Below are positions 55,142-64,000 of a stretch of 64,000 bases of DNA, one piece after another (within the stretch, counting starts at the first letter, position 1; the number at the start of each line of letters is the position of its first letter). Made by a program: the position numbers and the translations under genes. The notes under the pieces were generated by a model that saw nothing but the letters and a program-made list of their open reading frames with translations, searched no databases and was not told the DNA's origin. This stretch comes from Pseudomonas sp. (GTDB lineage Bacteria; Pseudomonadota; Gammaproteobacteria; Pseudomonadales; Pseudomonadaceae), in assembly GCA_051646165.1 (NCBI GenBank), contig JBOFCR010000062.1, positions 785 to 64,784 on the forward strand, in the 5' to 3' direction.

Positions 55142-56212
55142 ATGTCGCCATCCTTTGTCGTTGTTTTACTCGACCCTGCGCTGCGCCGCTCGGTTCCCCT
55201 GCTGCTCGGCCTGCTGCTGAGCGGTTGCGCGTCGCTGGACTATTACGCCCAGCTCGGCCGTGGTCAATTGGCCCTGTTGCAGGCGCGCGAGTCGGTCAGC
55301 CAGGTGCTGGCCGATCCACAGCGCGACCCCGTGCTGCAACGGCGCCTGGCCCTGGCCCAGCAGGCACGCGACTTCGCCAGCGCGCGCCTGGCCCTGCCGG
55401 ACAACCGCAGCTACCGCCTGTATGCCGACCTCGGCCGGCCCTATGTGGTGTGGAATGTGTTCGCCACGCCGGAACTGTCGCTGGTGCCGCTGAGCCACTG
55501 CTTCCCCATCGCCGGCTGCGTCGCCTATCGCGGCTTCTATGCCCAGGGCCGGGCCCGTGGCGCCGCCGCGCTGTTGCGCGAAGAGGGGCTGGATACCTAT
55601 GTCGCCGGCATCGAGGCCTACTCCACCCTGGGCTGGTTCGCCGACCCTATCCTCAACACCATGCTGCGTTGGGATGACCAGCGTCTGGCCGCGACCCTCT
55701 TCCACGAGCTGGCCCACCAGCGCCTGTATGTGGCCGACGACACCGCGTTCAACGAGTCCTTCGCCAGCTTCGTCGAGCAGCAGGGGCTGCGCGAATGGCA
55801 GGCCAGCCGTGGCCTGCCGGTGCAGGACGGAGGCCGCCAGCGCCAGCAGTTCACCGCCCTGGTGCTGGCCAGCCGGGCGCGCCTGGAGGCGCTGTATATC
55901 AGCCCGGTGAGCGACGCGCAGAAACGCGCCGGCAAGGCCGCCGAGTTCGCCCGCCTGCGTAGCGAGTACCGCCAGCGGCGCGACCGCGAGTGGGCCGGCG
56001 ACAAGCGCTACGACGCCTGGATCGAGGCGCCGCTGAACAATGCCAGGCTGCTGCCCTTCGGCCTTTACGACCAGTGGGTAGCGGCCTTTGCCGCGTTGTT
56101 CCGCCAGGTCGATGGCGCCTGGCCGGCCTTTTATGCACGGGCCGCAGAGTTGGGCGAGTTGCCCCAGGCACAGCGCGAGCAGGCGCTGGCAGCCCTGGCG
56201 GCGGGTGGCTAG
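55142..56212 (+). CDS. Predicted zinc aminopeptidase lipoprotein
   Basis: LSGC lipobox, AYSTLGWF, FHELAHQ (HExxH), NESFASFVE. Confidence 0.82.
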   Translation: MSPSFVVVLLDPALRRSVPLLLGLLLSGCASLDYYAQLGRGQLALLQARESVSQVLADPQRDPVLQRRLALAQQARDFASARLALPDNRSYRLYADLGRPYVVWNVFATPELSLVPLSHCFPIAGCVAYRGFYAQGRARGAAALLREEGLDTYVAGIEAYSTLGWFADPILNTMLRWDDQRLAATLFHELAHQRLYVADDTAFNESFASFVEQQGLREWQASRGLPVQDGGRQRQQFTALVLASRARLEALYISPVSDAQKRAGKAAEFARLRSEYRQRRDREWAGDKRYDAWIEAPLNNARLLPFGLYDQWVAAFAALFRQVDGAWPAFYARAAELGELPQAQREQALAALAAGG

Positions 56213-56213
56213 C

Positions 56214-56265
56214 GCAGGGCGGGTGCAAACCGCGAGGCCTGCACCGCGGGTTGCACCCGCCCTAC
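56214..56265. repeat. Inverted pair of GTAG-family REP elements
   Basis: GCAGGGCGGGTGCAAACCGCG and reverse complement GTAGGGCGGGTGCAACCCGCG. Confidence 0.7.
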
Positions 56266-56369
56266 GACTGAGTGCACTTCACGCCCTCCTGCCCGGCACG
56301 TGCCATAGGTCAGCCCAGGCTGGGCTGCTGGCAATCGCGCTTGCGTTGCGAACGGTTTTCATTAGAGAA

Positions 56370-56392
56370 TAAATGATAGTAATTATCATTTA
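56370..56392. promoter_or_regulatory. Fur box
   Basis: TAAATGATA-gtaat-TATCATTTA; core TGATAGTAATTATCA is 13/14 to the 7-1-7 Fur consensus. Confidence 0.85.
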
Positions 56393-56926
56393 GTGCGATT
56401 GCCGTTGCTTACGCCCACTCCCGCCACCGACCCCGCCACGCAGCAAGCCGTGCACACGCTTTACCGCGAGCACCACGACTGGCTGCGCCTGTGGCTGCGC
56501 AAGCGCCTGCCGTGCGCGGAGAGTGCCGCCGACCTGGCGCAGGACACTTTCGTGCGGGTGTTGGTCAGCCGCAAGGCGTTCGACCTGCGTGAGCCGCGCG
56601 CCTACCTGAGCAGCATCGCCCGCAGCCTGATGATCGACGGCTTCCGCCGCCGCGCCCTCGAACAGTCCTACCTGGAGGCCCTGGCCCAGCTGCCCGAGCC
56701 GCAGGAAATCTCGCCGGAAGCGCGGGTGCTGATTCTCGAAACCCTGCTGGAAATCGACCGCATGCTCGACGGCCTCGGCGCGCGCGGCCGCGAGATCTTC
56801 CTGCTGGCCCAGCTCGATGGCCTCAGCCATGTGGAGATCGGCCGGCGCCTGGGCCTGTCGACCAACACCGTGCGCAAGCACCTGCTGCGCGCGCTGACCC
56901 AGTGCCTGCTGCTGATCGAGGATTGA
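56393..56926 (+). CDS. FecI-like ECF sigma factor (start uncertain)
   Basis: LYREHHDWL, DLAQDTFVRVL, IFLLAQLDGLSHVEIG. Confidence 0.9.
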   Translation: MRLPLLTPTPATDPATQQAVHTLYREHHDWLRLWLRKRLPCAESAADLAQDTFVRVLVSRKAFDLREPRAYLSSIARSLMIDGFRRRALEQSYLEALAQLPEPQEISPEARVLILETLLEIDRMLDGLGARGREIFLLAQLDGLSHVEIGRRLGLSTNTVRKHLLRALTQCLLLIED

Positions 56927-56928
56927 GC

Positions 56929-57879
56929 ATGAGTGCCGCCGCCCCTTCCCCGGCCGTGCTGCGCGCCGCCGCCAACTGGTACCTCGACCTGCAGGAGGCG
57001 CCGGCCTGCGCCAGCACCGCCGCAGCGCACCGCCGCTGGCTGGACAGCGATACCGCGCATCGCCAGGCCTGGGCCCGGCTGGAGAAGCTGCAAGGCAAGC
57101 TGGCCGGGCTGCCCGGCGAACTGGCCCGGCCGGCCTTGCGCGGCGTCGATAGCCGGCGCCGCGAGAGCCTCAAGCTGCTCGGCTTGTTGCTGCTCGGTGG
57201 CGGTGCCGCCGGCTTCGGCTGGCAATCCGAGCCGCTGCGCAGCCTGCGTGCCGACCAGCGCACCGCTACCGGCGAACAGCGCAGCCTGCGCCTCAACGAT
57301 GGCGGCAGCCTGCAGCTGAATACCGGCACGGCGGTGAACCTGGCCTACGGCGAGCGCCTGCGCGAAGTCCAGTTGTTGCAAGGCGAAGTGCTGGTACAGA
57401 CCGCGCCTGATCCGCAGTCGCGGCCCTTCGTCGTGCATACCGGGCAAGGCAGCATCCGCGCCCTCGGCACACGCTTTCTGGTACGCCGCGACGGCGAGCG
57501 CACCCAGGTGCGCGTACTCGAGCATGCGGTGGAGGTGCGTACCCAGGCCGCGCCACAGGCGCCGGTGCGCATCGCGGCGGGGCAGCAGCTGTGGTTCAGC
57601 GCCAACGCCTGCGCCGCGCTGGAGCCGCTGGATGCCTACGCCGATGCCTGGACGCGCGGCATGCTGGTGGTCAGCGACTGGCCGTTGCCACGCTTTATCG
57701 ACGAGCTGGCACGCTACCGCCCGGGCCTGCTCGGCTGCGATCCGGCCCTGGCCGCGCTGCGCATTTCCGGGGCCTTTCAGCTGGCCGACGGCGATGCCCT
57801 GCTGGACAACCTGAGCAGCACCCTGCCGCTGCGCATCCACCGCATCAGCCGCTACTGGGTACGCGTCGAGCCGGCGTGA
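56929..57879 (+). CDS. FecR-like anti-sigma / transmembrane sensor
   Basis: AANWY...HRQAW, RTATGEQR, ALGTRFLVR, LRISGAF. Confidence 0.9.
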   Translation: MSAAAPSPAVLRAAANWYLDLQEAPACASTAAAHRRWLDSDTAHRQAWARLEKLQGKLAGLPGELARPALRGVDSRRRESLKLLGLLLLGGGAAGFGWQSEPLRSLRADQRTATGEQRSLRLNDGGSLQLNTGTAVNLAYGERLREVQLLQGEVLVQTAPDPQSRPFVVHTGQGSIRALGTRFLVRRDGERTQVRVLEHAVEVRTQAAPQAPVRIAAGQQLWFSANACAALEPLDAYADAWTRGMLVVSDWPLPRFIDELARYRPGLLGCDPALAALRISGAFQLADGDALLDNLSSTLPLRIHRISRYWVRVEPA

Positions 57880-57995
57880 ACACCAGCGGGTGAAAAAATA
57901 GTTCTCTCGGGTGTTGTTGATTCCGCTTCTCATTCGACTTGGTAGGAAAGCGCCATCAGTGCGCTGCCAACGCCAACCTATCCAAGGAACTTTCC

Positions 57996-60479
57996 ATGTC
58001 GCGCCCGACCGCACCGCGCAGCGCCCAGCTGCTTCGTTCTCCCGTACCCAGCTCGCTGAGCAAGGCCATCCACTGCGCGTTGCTCGGCGCGGCCCTGGCC
58101 CTGCCGCTGGGCGGTGCGCTGCTGGCTGAGCCGGCCTGGGCGCAAAGCGTGGCGGCCGAGCGCGAGTTCGCCATCGCCGCCGGTTCGCTGGAGTCGGCGC
58201 TGAACAGCTTCGCCGCCACCGCCGGAGTCAGCGTGTCGTTCTCCCCGGATGCGGTGCGTGGCCGTCAGTCGGCCGGCCTGCGCGGGCGCTACAGCGTCGA
58301 CCAGGCGCTCAACCAGCTGCTCGCCGGTAGCGGTGTGCAGGTAGTGCGCCAGGCCAGCGGCAACTACTCGCTGCTGCCGCCGCCGGAAGCCGGTTCGGCC
58401 CTGCAACTGGACGCCACCAGCGTTACCGGCACCGGCCTGGGTGCTACCACCGAAGGCAGCGGTTCCTACACCACAGGTTCGACCAGCACCGCCACCGGCC
58501 TGCCGCTGTCGATCCGCGAGACCCCGCAGTCGGTGTCGGTAATCACCAGCCAGCGCATGCAGGACCAGGGCCTGACCCAGCTCACCGACGTGGTGCGCCA
58601 GACCCCCGGCCTGACCCTCAGCCAGAGTGGCGGCAACGGCGGCGATAACAGCGCCATCTACTCGCGTGGTTTCAAGGTTGAGAACTACCAGATCGATGGC
58701 CTGCAGCTGCTCGACAGCAACTACGAGAGCCCCGCGCAGAGCAACGACATGGCCCTGTACGACCGCGTGGAAGTGATCCGTGGCGCCACCGGCCTGACCA
58801 ACGGCGTGGGCACCCCGGGTGCCACCCTGAACATGATCCGCAAGCGCCCGACGGCCGACTTCAAGAGCAATGTCACGGTGACCGGCGGCTCCTGGGATTA
58901 CCGGCGCACCGAGGCCGACGTCAGCGGTGCGCTGACCGACAGCGGCAATGTGCGCGGGCGCCTGGTTGGCGCGTACCAGGAAAACGATTCCTATGTCGAC
59001 CGCCTCAGCGAGCGCAAGGAAGTGTTCTACGGGGTGATCGAAGCCGATCTGACGCCCGATACCCTGCTGACCTTCGGCCTGGACTCGCAGTCCGACAACT
59101 ATGACGGCCATGCCCGCAGTGGCCTGCCGTTGTTCAACAACGACGGCACTCGGGCCGACCACGACGAGTCGGATTCCGCCGCCGCCGATTGGGCCTACTC
59201 CGAGCGCAGTGCCGTGTCTGCCTTCGCCATCCTCGAGCACAACCTGAGCGAGCGCTGGAAGGCCAAGCTGAGCCTGAATAATCGCCGCAGCGAGTACGAC
59301 GAATTCAGTGGCTATGCCGGCGGCAACAACTATGCGGCTGGCGCCGATCCTGCCTCGATGGTGTTCTATGCCAACCGCTGGAAAGCCAAGCCGGTGCAGA
59401 ACAGCTTCGACCTGAACCTGGCAGGCAGCTACGACCTGTTCGGTCTGGAGCACGACGCCATCATCGGCTACAGCCAGCAGAAGACCGACTACAGCACGCC
59501 TGCCTACACCTGGTGGCGCCCCTTCCCGGTGATCGGCAACATCTACACCTGGGATGGCAAGACACCGGCCAAGCCTGATCTGCAGGCCTACGGTGGCATC
59601 GACTTCAGCGAAGAACAGAACGCCGCCTACGCCAGCACCCGCCTGCGGGCCAGTGACGACCTGTCGTTCATCCTCGGGGCGCGGGTCATCGACTGGGAAA
59701 ACACCATCAAGAACGAGTACTACGACGGCACGCCGAGCGATGGTAGCAAGCGCAGCGAAACCGGCGTGGTCACCCCGTTCGCCGGGGTGGTCTACGACCT
59801 CAACGACATCTGGTCGGTGTACGGCAGCTATACCAGCATCTTCAAGCCGCAGAGCAACAAGACCCTGACCGGTGCCTATATCGATCCGCTGGAAGGCGTC
59901 GGCTATGAAGTGGGCAGCAAGGCGGCCTTCTTCGACGACCGCCTGAACTTCGGCCTGGCCCTGTACCAGATCGAGCAGGACAACCTGGCCGTGGCTCTGG
60001 ACAACCAGTACGCGCCCGATGGCAGCCAGGCTTACCGTGCCGAGTCCGGCACCAAGACCCGTGGTTTCGAGGTGGAAGTCACTGGCGAAGTGGCCACCGA
60101 CTGGCAGGTCAGCGCCAGCTTCAGCCGCAACATCGTGCAGGACAGCGAAGGCAACGCGCTCAACACCAATATCGCGCAGAACACCGCCAAGCTGTTTACC
60201 AGCTACACCCTGCGCAGCCTTGGCAACGGCCTGACCTTCGGTGGTGGCGTCAACTGGCAGAGCGAGGCCTACAGCGACGGCGTCGGCCCGTTGGGCGTGC
60301 GCTTCACCCAGGACGACTACGCCGTGGTCGATGCCTTTGCCCGCTACCCGCTGACCCAGCAGCTGAGCGCCACCCTCAACCTCAACAACCTGCTGGACGA
60401 GGAGTACTACACCACCACCTCCTCCAGCTATTTCGGTGCTCCGCGCAACGCCACCCTCGGCCTGCGCATGGACTTCTGA
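57996..60479 (+). CDS. TonB-dependent siderophore receptor with STN signalling domain (FpvA/FhuE-like)
   Basis: IAAGSLESAL STN, RETPQSVSVIT plug, YDRVEVIRGATGL, C-terminal RNATLGLRMDF. Confidence 0.95.
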   Translation: MSRPTAPRSAQLLRSPVPSSLSKAIHCALLGAALALPLGGALLAEPAWAQSVAAEREFAIAAGSLESALNSFAATAGVSVSFSPDAVRGRQSAGLRGRYSVDQALNQLLAGSGVQVVRQASGNYSLLPPPEAGSALQLDATSVTGTGLGATTEGSGSYTTGSTSTATGLPLSIRETPQSVSVITSQRMQDQGLTQLTDVVRQTPGLTLSQSGGNGGDNSAIYSRGFKVENYQIDGLQLLDSNYESPAQSNDMALYDRVEVIRGATGLTNGVGTPGATLNMIRKRPTADFKSNVTVTGGSWDYRRTEADVSGALTDSGNVRGRLVGAYQENDSYVDRLSERKEVFYGVIEADLTPDTLLTFGLDSQSDNYDGHARSGLPLFNNDGTRADHDESDSAAADWAYSERSAVSAFAILEHNLSERWKAKLSLNNRRSEYDEFSGYAGGNNYAAGADPASMVFYANRWKAKPVQNSFDLNLAGSYDLFGLEHDAIIGYSQQKTDYSTPAYTWWRPFPVIGNIYTWDGKTPAKPDLQAYGGIDFSEEQNAAYASTRLRASDDLSFILGARVIDWENTIKNEYYDGTPSDGSKRSETGVVTPFAGVVYDLNDIWSVYGSYTSIFKPQSNKTLTGAYIDPLEGVGYEVGSKAAFFDDRLNFGLALYQIEQDNLAVALDNQYAPDGSQAYRAESGTKTRGFEVEVTGEVATDWQVSASFSRNIVQDSEGNALNTNIAQNTAKLFTSYTLRSLGNGLTFGGGVNWQSEAYSDGVGPLGVRFTQDDYAVVDAFARYPLTQQLSATLNLNNLLDEEYYTTTSSSYFGAPRNATLGLRMDF

Positions 60480-60679
60480 TTGGCCCCGTCGCCCTGGCGG
60501 GCTCAGGTTCGCCAGCGCGGCTGACATATCCCGTCACAGCTTCGGCTGTGTTCGGGGTGCGGGTTTTGCCCCGCTCGTTCGTCCTGGCTACAGGGACTCT
60601 GCAATTTCCCTGGCCGCTGTTTCTCTGCCGCTGGCGTTGCCGGCGGTTTTTCTTTGTACCGAACGATGGCTGTTTGCTG

Positions 60680-60976
60680 ATGAAACCGACTGACTCCTCC
60701 CCCGGACGCGCCCGCCTGCTGTGGTCGCGCACCGCTGCCGCGATTCTCGGCGGCTATGCGCTGACCTCGGCCGCGGTGATCTTCCTCGGCGCCGTGCTGC
60801 CGCTGCCCAAGAGCCAGGCCGTGCTGGCTGCCTCGCTGGCCAGTTTCGCGGTGTACACCGCCGCCATCGTCTGGGTCTTCGCCGTGCAGGACAACCGTCG
60901 CGCCTGGCTCGGCCTGTTGCTGCCGGCCGTGGTCCTGGCCGTGTCCGGCTGGTGGTTGGGGAGGGGCATGGTATGA
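60680..60976 (+). CDS. DUF3649-like membrane protein
   Basis: SRTAAAILGGYAL; three TM helices; typical position before PepSY-TM. Confidence 0.75.
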   Translation: MKPTDSSPGRARLLWSRTAAAILGGYALTSAAVIFLGAVLPLPKSQAVLAASLASFAVYTAAIVWVFAVQDNRRAWLGLLLPAVVLAVSGWWLGRGMV

Positions 60977-62619
60977 GTCAGCCAGTCGAGAAGGACGGCC
61001 TGCGCCAGTCGATGGCCTGGCTGCACACCTGGGGTGGGCTGTGGGCCTGCTGGGTATTGTTCGTGGTGTTTCTCACCGGCTCGCTCGGCGTGTTCGACGA
61101 GCCGATCACCCGCTGGATGAAACCGCACCTGCCGCAGGCCGCCGAGGCCACTGGCGGTAGCGGCATGGACGATGGCTTCGACCGCCCGCAAGCGGTACGC
61201 ATGGCCAACGCCTGGTTCGTCGAGAACCAGCCTGGCGCGCACTTCTGGAGCATCGGTTTGCCCTCGGACGAAGACCCGTCGATCCGCCTGTTCTGGCAGG
61301 ATCCGCAGGAAAACTTCCACGACGCGCGCATCGACGCGCAGACCGGTCAGCCGGTGGACGGCTCGCTGGAGCGCGAAAGCGAGGGCGGCCACCACTTCGT
61401 GCACATGCACTTCGAGTTCCACGGCGGCACCGCCGGCATCTGGCTGGTCGGCTTCTTCACCATGGCCATGCTGGTCGGCCTGGTCAGCGGGGTAATTACC
61501 CACAAGCGCATCTTCAAGGACTTCTTCACCTTCCGCCCGGGCAAGGGCCAGCGCAGCTGGCTGGACGCGCACAACGCGGTGTCGGTGCTGAGCCTGCCGT
61601 TCCAGCTGATGATCGCCTACACCGGCCTGGCGACTTTCTACGCCCTGTACATGCCGGTCGGCATCGCCACCCATTACAGCAACGAGGAAGCCTACTTCGC
61701 CGAGCTGCTGAACCAGCCGGCGCAGCAGGAACACACCGGCATCGCCGCGCCGCTGGCCAAGGTCGATGAGCTGCTGGTGCGTGGTGAAGCGCAGCTGCAG
61801 CGCCCGGTCAGCTTTGTCAGCATCGAGCACCCCAACGACAGCAGTTCCAGCGTGCGCCTGTTCGGCCGTTTCATCGAGAAGAGCGGCGAGTACCGCCTGC
61901 TCGGCGACGGTGGCGGCCAGGTGCTGTTCAACGGCGTGACCGGCGCACAGACCGACATCCAGATGCCCGGTGAGCTGCGCGGTGGTGCCTCGCAGGACGT
62001 GCAGTCGGTGATGGCCAACCTGCACTTCGCCGCGTTCGGCGGGCAGGCCGCGCGCTGGCTGTACTTCATCTGCGGCCTGGCTGGCGCGGCGATGATGGCC
62101 ACCGGGGCGATCCTGTTCATGGTCAAGCGCCGCCAGCGTTCGCTGCACGAGTTCGGCGCGCGCACGCCGCAGGTCTACCGCTTGATCGAAGTGCTCAATA
62201 TCGCCTCGATCAGCGGCCTGGGCCTGGCCTGCATCGCCTTCTTCTGGGCCAACCGGATCATCCCGCCTGGCATCAGCGACCGCCCCGAGTGGGAAATCGC
62301 CGCCTTCTTCGCGGTCTGGCTGGCCACTTCCATCCACGCCGCCCTGCGCCCGGCGAGCCGCGCCTGGATCGAACAGCTGCTGGCCATCGCCCTGCTCTGC
62401 CTGGCCCTGCCGTTGCTCAATTGGCTGGTGGTCGGCGACCAGTTCATCACCTACCTGCAACGCGGCGACGGCGAGCGCGCTGGGGTCGAACTGGTGGCCA
62501 TCGCGTTCGGCCTGCTCAGCCTGTGGACGGCGCGCCGCGTCTGGCACAAGGGCCAGCAGGCGGCCAGCGCCAAGCCACGCCGCGAGCGTGCGCGCAGTGT
62601 CGAAGCGGAGGTGGCCTGA
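60973..62619 (+). CDS. PepSY-associated TM helix protein (iron-siderophore reductase-like)
   Basis: MAWLHTWGGL, LVSGVITHKRIFKDFFTFR, WLDAHN, LHFAAFGG. Confidence 0.88.
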   Translation: MSQPVEKDGLRQSMAWLHTWGGLWACWVLFVVFLTGSLGVFDEPITRWMKPHLPQAAEATGGSGMDDGFDRPQAVRMANAWFVENQPGAHFWSIGLPSDEDPSIRLFWQDPQENFHDARIDAQTGQPVDGSLERESEGGHHFVHMHFEFHGGTAGIWLVGFFTMAMLVGLVSGVITHKRIFKDFFTFRPGKGQRSWLDAHNAVSVLSLPFQLMIAYTGLATFYALYMPVGIATHYSNEEAYFAELLNQPAQQEHTGIAAPLAKVDELLVRGEAQLQRPVSFVSIEHPNDSSSSVRLFGRFIEKSGEYRLLGDGGGQVLFNGVTGAQTDIQMPGELRGGASQDVQSVMANLHFAAFGGQAARWLYFICGLAGAAMMATGAILFMVKRRQRSLHEFGARTPQVYRLIEVLNIASISGLGLACIAFFWANRIIPPGISDRPEWEIAAFFAVWLATSIHAALRPASRAWIEQLLAIALLCLALPLLNWLVVGDQFITYLQRGDGERAGVELVAIAFGLLSLWTARRVWHKGQQAASAKPRRERARSVEAEVA

Positions 62620-62963
62620 TGAGCGTCGCCTTCGCCCTGATTCTTGGCAGCGCCCTGTGCTACGCCGGCATGGCCGCGCTGTGCCTGGGCATGGACCGCC
62701 ATCACCAGCAGGTCTGGTCGCGCAAGGCGCCGCGTCTGCAGCGCGGGCTGCGCCTGGCCGGCTGGCTGCTGCTGGGCGTGGCCCTGTGGCCGTGCATTCG
62801 CGCCTGGGGCAGCTCGGTCGGTGTGGTGATCTGGTTCGGCCTGCTGACGGGCGCCGCCCTGCTGCTGGTTCTGCTGTTGCCTTACCGGCCCAAGGGCGCC
62901 GCGCTGTTGATGGCCCTGACTCTGCTGGGCAGCTTGCCCGCGCTGTTGTGGAGTGCCGGCTGA
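62619..62963 (+). CDS. DUF3325-like membrane protein
   Basis: YAGMAALCLGMDRHHQQV. Confidence 0.75.
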   Translation: MSVAFALILGSALCYAGMAALCLGMDRHHQQVWSRKAPRLQRGLRLAGWLLLGVALWPCIRAWGSSVGVVIWFGLLTGAALLLVLLLPYRPKGAALLMALTLLGSLPALLWSAG

Positions 62964-62991
62964 TCCGCTGGTGTGCAAGGACGAGCATTCA

Positions 62992-64000
62992 ATGAGTTTC
63001 CCTTCTGCAAAAACTATCCGTCGCGGCCTGTTGCTGGTGCTGCCGCTGGCCGTGGTTGGCGGCGTACTGGCCTGGCGCAGCGAGCCGGCCCCGGCCTTTG
63101 CCACCGAAGCGGTCAGCCGTGGCGATGTCGAGGCCACGGTGGTGGCCATCGGCACCCTGCAGCCGCGCGAGTCGGTGGATGTCGGCGCCCAGGTGTCCGG
63201 CCAGGTCACCCGCCTGCATGTCGAGCCCGGTGATCATGTCGAGAAAGGCCAGCTGCTCGCCGAGATCGACGCCAGCCTGCACCAGGCCACGGTCGAAGCC
63301 GACCGCGCGGCACTCGACGGCCTGCGCGCGCAGCTCGAAGAACAGCAGGCGCAGTTCGACCTGGCCCAGCAGCAACACCAGCGCCAGCAACGCCTGGCTG
63401 TGGACGAAGCGACTCGCGAGGAAGACGTGCAGGTCGCTGCCGCCGGGCTGAAGGCCGCCCAGGCGCGGCTCAAGCAGCTGCGCGCGCAGATCGCCGAGAG
63501 CCGGGCGCGGCTCAAGGGCAACGAGGCGCAGCTCAGCTACACCCGCCTCTACGCGCCGATTGCCGGCACCGTGCTGGGCGTCGACGTCAAGCAGGGCCAG
63601 ACCCTCAACGCCACCTACCAGACGCCGACCGTGCTGCGCATCGCCAACCTCTCGGCGATGACCGCCTGGACCAAGGTCTCCGAAGCCGATATCCGCCAGC
63701 TCAAGCCGGGCCTCGGCCTGTACTTCACCACCCTGGGTGGCGACGGTCGCCGCTGGCACGCCAAGATCCGCCAGATCCTGCCGTCGCCACCGCTGCCGCC
63801 CGTGGCCTCGGGGGAAGCCGGTGCCGCCCCGGTGACCATGAAGGCGGTGCAGTACACCGTGCTGTTCGACGTCGACAACCAGGATGGCGAGCTGATGCCG
63901 CAGATGACCGCCCAGGTCACCTTCATCACCGCCGCCGCGCGTGGCGTGCTTACCGCGCCGCTGGAAGCGCTGCAGGCGGTGGACGGCGAGGTCGGCCTGT
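62992..64000 (+). CDS. MacA/PvdR-like periplasmic adaptor subunit (3'-truncated by window edge; missing from the ORF track)
   Basis: Own translation MSFPSAKTIRRGLLLVLPLAVVGGVLAW...VSRGDVEATVVAIGTLQPRESVDVGAQVSGQV; open to the window end. Confidence 0.85.
   Translation, partial: MSFPSAKTIRRGLLLVLPLAVVGGVLAWRSEPAPAFATEAVSRGDVEATVVAIGTLQPRESVDVGAQVSGQVTRLHVEPGDHVEKGQLLAEIDASLHQATVEADRAALDGLRAQLEEQQAQFDLAQQQHQRQQRLAVDEATREEDVQVAAAGLKAAQARLKQLRAQIAESRARLKGNEAQLSYTRLYAPIAGTVLGVDVKQGQTLNATYQTPTVLRIANLSAMTAWTKVSEADIRQLKPGLGLYFTTLGGDGRRWHAKIRQILPSPPLPPVASGEAGAAPVTMKAVQYTVLFDVDNQDGELMPQMTAQVTFITAAARGVLTAPLEALQAVDGEVGL

Noticed and set aside
60535-60655. Riboswitch in the receptor-DUF3649 intergenic region (UUCG hairpin and a terminator-like stem)
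   Set aside because: No recognisable aptamer consensus; the hairpins fit ordinary termination or stabilisation.

Overview
Replication-origin region of a high-GC Pseudomonas (sensu lato) chromosome. The core gene order runs dnaA(3' part)-dnaN-recF-gyrB, ynbABCD-like lipid cluster, plsC-gmhB-glySQ, tag-htrB, trkA-rsmB-fmt-def, LysM-dprA-tsaC-qor-hemF-aroE, pbpG, a puu/pau-like amine catabolism operon, trpAB-trpI, and a Fur-boxed FecIR/TonB-receptor/PepSY/MacA-like iron locus at the end. The main discovery is a 9,239-bp element (5311-14549) inserted directly after the gyrB stop codon. It has TGT...ACA termini, 18/23-identical terminal inverted repeats, a perfect 5-bp target duplication (TCCAG), six 16-bp TnsB-like sites and an IHF consensus. 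It encodes no recognisable transposase. I read it as a non-autonomous Tn7-like transposon using the gyrB 3' end as attachment site. It carries a look-alike of the gyrB terminator it displaced, plus defence-type cargo: an IetAS-like AAA ATPase + S8 protease, a collapsed and partly inverted type I R-M locus, an orphan Xre/MbcA antitoxin, an MBL-fold hydrolase and a Sel1-like protein. Other notable items are two parS sites in recF, an unannotated RsmX/RsmY-type sRNA, tandem DnaA boxes, a three-gene glycan-modification-like module with coiled-coil tails, and a DUF3592-like gene between trpB and trpI. All family assignments come from motif recognition by eye; no database searches were run. No rRNA, tRNA or CRISPR array was seen.
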